Position numbers and translations under genes: made by a program
Shown: one piece after another, positions 16,629-20,918 of the stretch
Layout of the letters: each line of letters begins with the position of its first letter
Numbering within the stretch: position 1 is the stretch's first letter
Notes under the pieces: model-generated
Database searches by the model: none
Told to the model about the DNA's origin: nothing
What the model saw: the letters and a program-made list of their open reading frames with translations, nothing else
Origin: Leidyana gryllorum EB-2025a
Taxonomy: Eukaryota; Protista; Apicomplexa
Assembly (NCBI GenBank): GCA_048772705.1
Contig: JBLWGC010000188.1
Location: 1-20,918 of the forward strand
Direction of reading: 5' to 3'
DNA length: 20,918 nucleotides

Positions 16629-16702
16629 GGGAGTGTAGCGCAGTCGGTAGCGCGTAGGTCTCATAATCCCTGAAGTCGAGAGTTCGATCCTCTCCACTCC
16701 CG
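16629..16702 (+). tRNA. tRNA-Met: elongator tRNA-Met(CAT) variant
   Basis: Mirror of 9380 with a 1-nt insertion. Confidence 0.85.
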
Positions 16703-16949
16703 GGTCGAAATCGGAACCGCCGACAAACTCATCATGCTATCATTTTGCAGTCGGGAATCGCACACGGGTCGTCCAAACTCAGTAGGGCGGCACCTGCCGC
16801 TGCTACAAGATGCAGTAGCAATGTTCTTGGAACAGAGGATTGGGTATTCCCTTCAGACCAAACAACCCCCCAGTCGGCCTGCCCAGGCGACGGCACTCAT
16901 AGCTGTCAAATCATTCCGCATCTCAAGAATGAGCGAGTTGCCGCTTCCT

Positions 16950-17020
16950 TAGTATGATATCCGACGCTGGAGTAGTGGCTCATGACTGCAAGGTCCGTCG
17001 ATCGGCACGACGCACTGTGA
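16950..17020 (+). pseudogene. old initiator tRNA-Met remnant
   Basis: GGCTCATGAC..AAGGTCCGTCGATCGGCACGACGCACTG. Confidence 0.7.
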
Positions 17021-17087
17021 AGTGTTGCCGGAGGAGGATCCCCTGCTATGCACTCGGTGGTCGTGTTCGGCTGTCATTGAAGTGATT

Positions 17088-17161
17088 TGCTCCCCGGCGG
17101 GATCGAACCATCGACCTTCGGCACATAAGGCCGATGCTCTAACCAGCTGAGCTGGGGGAGC
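17088..17161 (-). tRNA. tRNA-Ile: tRNA-Ile(TAT), intronless variant
   Basis: GCTCCCC/GGGGAGC, TCGGC-CTTATGT-GCCGA; C8 and a T-stem mismatch. Confidence 0.82.
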
Positions 17162-17317
17162 AATCAACGCCGTGCCACCGCGTCACTCATATTCGAATTC
17201 ATCTGAGGGGGTACCGTGAATCTTATGTCAGAATGCGCCTGGCTCGTGCCGACCGAGCTTGTCAGCAATATGTCTGACTCGCTGGCAATTTGCCACACCG
17301 GTTTAAGGCATGGCTTC

Positions 17318-17391
17318 TGCATCTGCTGGGAATTCAATCTAGGTAGTCTCGGTGGCAACGACACAAGCTTCTACCACTAGACCACAGATGG
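17318..17391 (-). pseudogene. tRNA-Gly(GCC) pseudogene
   Basis: CATCTGTGGTCTAGTGGTAGAA...CAGATGCA. Confidence 0.75.
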
Positions 17392-17487
17392 GTGAGTCAT
17401 TGTTGTTCAAGCTCCTACACAATAACGGCCGTTTTGCTCCAAATGAGAGGACAAAATCGAGTTGAGCGAGTATGAGGGGCAGTTCGT

Positions 17488-17559
17488 GGGTACGTAGCTC
17501 AGTGGTAGAGCAGCTGACTGCAGATCAGCAAGTCCGTGGGTCAACTCCGCGCGTGCCCT
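17488..17559 (+). tRNA. tRNA-Cys: tRNA-Cys(GCA)
   Basis: GGGTACG/CGTGCCC, U73, GCTGA-CTGCAGA-TCAGC; T54G. Confidence 0.87.
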
Positions 17560-17639
17560 GAAGCTAGGCTGGAACGATCGGAGATGTTGGATCTCCTTTC
17601 CTGACCACAAGGCAATGAGTCTGGAACGGGGAATGATTT

Positions 17640-17700
17640 GGGACCTATGGCGCAACCGTAGCGCGTCTGAATGTCTAAATGGCTCTGATGTTTGGGTCCA
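17640..17700 (+). pseudogene. tRNA-Trp remnant
   Basis: ATGGCGCAACCGTAGCGCGTCTGA, same upstream flank as the 8118 copy. Confidence 0.65.
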
Positions 17701-17753
17701 GCTTCAGGGGGATCCAGCACATCCGGGTCGGTGCCATCTGTCGTCGCAGAAGT

Positions 17754-17828
17754 GGTCGCGTAGCTCAGTCGGTTAGAGCGTGAGCCTAATAAGCTCAAGG
17801 TCCCCCGGTTCGAGCCCGGGCGTGACCA
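17754..17828 (+). tRNA. tRNA-Ile: tRNA-Ile(AAT)
   Basis: GGTCGCG/CGTGACC, TGAGC-CTAATAA-GCTCA. Confidence 0.92.
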
Positions 17829-17928
17829 AGTGAGTGGATCTTTGATAAAGAGTTGCCCTGGAGCCAAGGAAGCCCCAACATTCTGCTTCCAATACGAAAG
17901 GAACTTGTTACCAAGTCCAAGCTTCCTT

Positions 17929-17997
17929 GCCGCTAGCTCCGTCGGGAGCGCAAGACTTTCAATGGGGAGACCGCGGGTTCGGGCAGCGCGAGCGGTC
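17929..17997 (+). pseudogene. tRNA-Lys pseudogene
   Basis: Mirror of 92-164. Confidence 0.7.
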
Positions 17998-18059
17998 CGA
18001 GTCAAGCTTGCTGAACCGTATATGAAGCCACTGTCTGCGGCATGCCGAGTTCGACAGGT

Positions 18060-18141
18060 GGCAACTTGCCCGAGTGGTTAAGAGGGTAGACTAGAAATCT
18101 ACTGGGCCTGGCCCGCGCTGGTTCAAATCCAGCAGTTGTCG
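18060..18141 (+). tRNA. tRNA-Ser: tRNA-Ser(AGA)
   Basis: GTAGA-CTAGAAA-TCTAC, class II. Confidence 0.9.
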
Positions 18142-18205
18142 TGCGATGTGGTGGAAATGATGCAATTCCCCGCATCAAGAACTCATATGGGTCGGGACAG
18201 GGAAT

Positions 18206-18277
18206 GCCTCCTTAGCTTAGGGGCAGAGCATTCGCTTAGTAAGCGAAAGGTCGCCGGTTCGATTCCGGCAGAAGGCT
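18206..18277 (+). tRNA. tRNA-Thr: tRNA-Thr(AGT)
   Basis: Intact except one acceptor mismatch. Confidence 0.92.
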
Positions 18278-18327
18278 TTGGTCACGAGCCAATCTCATTC
18301 GATAGCTGTTTCCCTCCTGGGCACACT

Positions 18328-18401
18328 TAGCAGTGCGTCCGTTTCGATCGACGGACCTTTGGGTTACGAGCCCAACACTCTTTCCACTGAGCTACAGTGC
18401 T
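18328..18401 (-). pseudogene. initiator tRNA-Met copy with CGT anticodon
   Basis: TTGGG-CTCGTAA-CCCAA; two insertions and an acceptor mismatch. Confidence 0.75.
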
Positions 18402-18542
18402 CAGTCTGCAACATGGAAGAGGTAGCCGAAATGCGACTCTCGAGATGTTAGTTGCCCTGACTGCCCTACCGAAGTGGGCTAAAGGGGGTGCGTGTGTGGC
18501 TCTGAGGGCAACTTGTCTCGTCGGGTCAACCGACGACCAAGA

Positions 18543-18603
18543 GGGCTTTTATGGGAATCGAACCCAGGACTCCTTCCACCCTAAGGAGCATCATACCACT
18601 AGA
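18543..18603 (-). pseudogene. tRNA-Pro(AGG), 5'-truncated
   Basis: Acceptor 5' strand lost. Confidence 0.75.
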
Positions 18604-18694
18604 TGACTTGCCAATGGGGGGGGGATGTCGGCAGACTGGCGTGGGGCCGTAGACCCGGAAGTGATGGCCAATGCCGCCCCGCAATGAGAACCGT

Positions 18695-18779
18695 TGCACA
18701 GAATGGGATTCGAACCCATGCAGACTTGCGCCTACCAGAACTTGAGTCTGGCCCCTTAGACCACTCAGGGCATCTGTGC
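18695..18779 (-). tRNA. tRNA-Leu: tRNA-Leu(CAA)
   Basis: One extra nt in the D-arm. Confidence 0.9.
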
Positions 18780-18931
18780 GGAACTTTCCTTCTGAGTTCC
18801 AGCGTGCAAACGGCTTCCGTTGCGACTGTCGTCTGGGTGGGGTGTATCGGCCTCCAGCCCGAAGAAGTCGTACGGCCGGGGGTGCTCACTCCCTAGAGCA
18901 TCTGTATCGGCGGCTTGTACCACCGATAGGC

Positions 18932-19002
18932 GGCTGTTTGGTCTAGTGGTATGCACTTGTTTCGGGTGGAAGAAGTGCTGGTTTCAATTCCCAACACAGC
19001 CC
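18932..19002 (+). pseudogene. tRNA-Pro(CGG) pseudogene
   Basis: Same as 12270. Confidence 0.8.
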
Positions 19003-19167
19003 GTCTGCCGTCTGATAGCTGTTGACTCAACACGGCACGTCTCTCGAAGCTCGGCTGAGATATGCGGGACTCTCACTCCACCCATCCCCGGACAAAGTCC
19101 CCGACAGCCAAGACAAAATCTGAGTTGTTGACTCAACAGGCGAGGCTGGAACCCGACCATTCAGACC

Positions 19168-19240
19168 AGACGCCACTGGGACTCGAACCCAAAATCCCCG
19201 GTTTCGTAGACCGATTCCATATCCATTGGGCCATAGTGTC
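19168..19240 (-). tRNA. tRNA-Arg: tRNA-Arg(ACG) variant
   Basis: Mirror of 14658. Confidence 0.78.
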
Positions 19241-19328
19241 GACTAACGAGGCCATCAAATGGATGTATGTGGTGATCAAGCGTTGTTGATCCCGGCAAGA
19301 GTTTCCATTCGAGACGACAGAGACATAC

Positions 19329-19398
19329 TGTCCGGGCAGGAATCAGCGTGGGTTTGCACGGCCACAACGTGCTGTCCCAACCACTAGACGACTCGGAC
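19329..19398 (-). pseudogene. tRNA-His(GTG) pseudogene
   Basis: Same T-arm lesion as 2586. Confidence 0.82.
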
Positions 19399-19567
19399 AA
19401 TCTTCGAGTGAAACTACAAAGGTAGCGGGGCATCAATCAGGATGGGATGCAATAGGAGGGTCAGATGCTTTACGGACTGCGCTACTTCAGCCCGTCCCAT
19501 TTCTGTGAGGTCTTCATGATATGTGTTTCCAGAGACACACGCCCCTTTCACAGTCCGGAAGCCCCGT

Positions 19568-19618
19568 GTAGCCATGGTCACACGCAGGAGGTCCCGAGTT
19601 TGATCCTCGGTGGCTGTA
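19568..19618 (+). pseudogene. tRNA-Val with internal deletion
   Basis: ATGGTC joined to ACACGCAG. Confidence 0.75.
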
Positions 19619-19673
19619 GCTCGCAACTTTCAGCGAGAACCAAACGAAACAATCCTAAGCGAAATCAACTGTG

Positions 19674-19724
19674 CTCCGAGACCGGGGAACGAACCCTGGT
19701 CTTCCGCGTGACAGGCGGAAATAC
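19674..19724 (-). pseudogene. tRNA-Asp, 5'-deleted
   Basis: Same deletion as 2291. Confidence 0.8.
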
Positions 19725-19805
19725 ACGCCGGCCTCCAATCCCAGAAGTCTTTCTATTTTGACTCACGAACAGAAAACGTGTGAAGCGGCGAGCCAACAAC
19801 ATTCC

Positions 19806-19886
19806 GGCAAGATGGGCGAGTGGTCTAAGGCGCTGTGTTCAGGCCGCCGTCCGAAAGGACGTGGGTTCGAATCCCCACTCTTGTCG
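19806..19886 (+). pseudogene. tRNA-Leu(CAG) degenerate
   Basis: Several stem mismatches, G73. Confidence 0.72.
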
Positions 19887-19945
19887 GCGTTTTATCGGCA
19901 CTCGGTCAGCTACCCAATGCAGTAGCTCTTCCATGTTGTGCCTCT

Positions 19946-20019
19946 GGGCGGCTAGCTCAAAATGGTAGAGCGCTCGCTTCGCATGCGAGAGGTACTGGGA
20001 TCGATACCCAGGTCGTCCA
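19946..20019 (+). tRNA. tRNA-Ala: tRNA-Ala(CGC)
   Basis: One extra A in the D-loop. Confidence 0.92.
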
Positions 20020-20040
20020 AACTATCTGGAATCTTCGTCT

Positions 20041-20095
20041 CCAGCTGCCAGAACCCACGACCTTGGAAGGAGTCCTACCCTTCGACCACAGGTGC
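20041..20095 (-). pseudogene. tRNA-Gly(TCC) remnant
   Basis: acgaccttggaagg...tacccttcgaccacaggtgc. Confidence 0.65.
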
Positions 20096-20385
20096 ACCTG
20101 AGAGCTTGACAGAGGCTGCAGCGGGCGCTGAGACATGAACGAAGTAACCGCAGCCCGCTTTTTCCCGATCACGGAGCAAACGCGCTCCACCAATGAAAAG
20201 CATGTTAGCGCAGATGAGGAGTCTGTGACCCTCAGCCACAGCAATTTTCACAGCGCATGACAAGTGACTGCTGAATTGAGCCACCAAGGGCCGGACCCAG
20301 AAGGTGTGAAGATCACTCGCTCAACCACTTCCACCTCCTTTCAATATGGCACGGCTCTCATCTGAAGCCTCAACTCGGGGAATTG

Positions 20386-20459
20386 TCCACTGTAGTCTAA
20401 GTGGCTAGGATATGCGGCTCTCACCCCGCACGATCCGGGTTCAAGTCCCGGCAGTGGAA
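20386..20459 (+). tRNA. tRNA-Glu: tRNA-Glu(CTC)
   Basis: One extra C in the anticodon arm. Confidence 0.85.
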
Positions 20460-20516
20460 ATCCAGCAGAGTGTGTTTAGGCAACGGTTCCATTCCTACTC
20501 CCAGGACATTGATTTG

Positions 20517-20589
20517 CACCGCCCGCGGGGCTCGAACCCGCGACTGCAAGATTAAAAGTCTTGCGCTCTACCGACTGAGCTAGGGCGGC
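20517..20589 (-). tRNA. tRNA-Lys: tRNA-Lys(TTT)
   Basis: Same sequence as 6737-6809. Confidence 0.95.
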
Positions 20590-20693
20590 AAGGAAGCTCT
20601 AAACTTAGTTACACCCTATTTGCCGCTGGATAAAACAATGTGCTTCAGTAACTTCCGCCAATAGGGACTCATTCGTGATGTCCAGTTAACATT

Positions 20694-20763
20694 GCCTCCT
20701 TAGCTTGGGGCAGAGCATTTGCTTAGTTAGTGAAAGGTCGCCGTTGGATTCGGGCAGAAGGCT
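20694..20763 (+). pseudogene. tRNA-Thr(AGT) pseudogene
   Basis: Deletions, broken T-arm. Confidence 0.75.
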
Positions 20764-20811
20764 TCGCTCACGAGCCAATCTATCCTGCAACTGTTCGCTT
20801 CTGCGCACACT

Positions 20812-20883
20812 TAGCAGTGCGTCGTTTCGATCGACGGACCTTTGCGTTATGAGCCTAACACTCTTCCACTCAGCTACACTGCT
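20812..20883 (-). pseudogene. initiator tRNA-Met degenerate
   Basis: Anticodon-stem G-C pairs lost, D-stem mismatch. Confidence 0.75.
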
Positions 20884-20918
20884 CAGTCTGCAACATGGAA
20901 GAGGTAGCCGAAATGTGA

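Larger units (their letters stand above)
18206..20021 (-). repeat. Inverted copy of module A (1982-3770)
   Basis: Thr-iMet-Pro-Leu-Pro-Arg-His-Val-Asp-Leu-Ala in reverse with the same lesions. Confidence 0.9.
1..20918. repeat. tRNA gene/pseudogene supercluster built from shuffled segmental duplications
   Basis: About 120 tRNA-derived loci; multi-tRNA modules recur with their spacers in both orientations. Confidence 0.97.

Noticed and set aside
352-20583. All listed ORFs (60-249 aa)
   Set aside because: They are chance frames across tRNA repeats, overlap on both strands, are not frame-conserved between module copies and show no recognisable domain
1-20918. Bacterial or phage tRNA array, CRISPR array or tRNA-derived SINEs
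   Set aside because: Eukaryotic tRNA signatures, no encoded CCA, mixed strands, no fixed repeat-spacer period, and no poly-A tails or target-site duplications

Overview
This window has no credible protein-coding gene. It is an almost continuous eukaryotic tRNA gene and pseudogene supercluster: by manual reading about 120 tRNA-derived loci, roughly one per 170 bp, on both strands. The genes are intronless, lack an encoded CCA, and include eukaryote-type A34 anticodons, Ala with A54 and an initiator Met with A1-U72/A54/A60. Nineteen of 20 amino acids are represented (no Tyr seen; His and Trp only as damaged copies). The array is a mosaic of 0.3-3 kb multi-tRNA modules copied in direct and inverted orientation, with breakpoints often inside tRNAs. 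Only a minority of copies fold cleanly. Notable points: wobble-base switching between copies in the same module slot, a Ser body with a Gly (GCC) anticodon in two copies, chimeric tRNAs, spacers that are fossil tRNAs, and few oligo-T terminators. From memory the bodies resemble alveolate tRNAs, so a dinoflagellate-like host is a guess. Coordinates were counted by hand and may be off by a few bases, and some 1-nt indels may be long-read errors.
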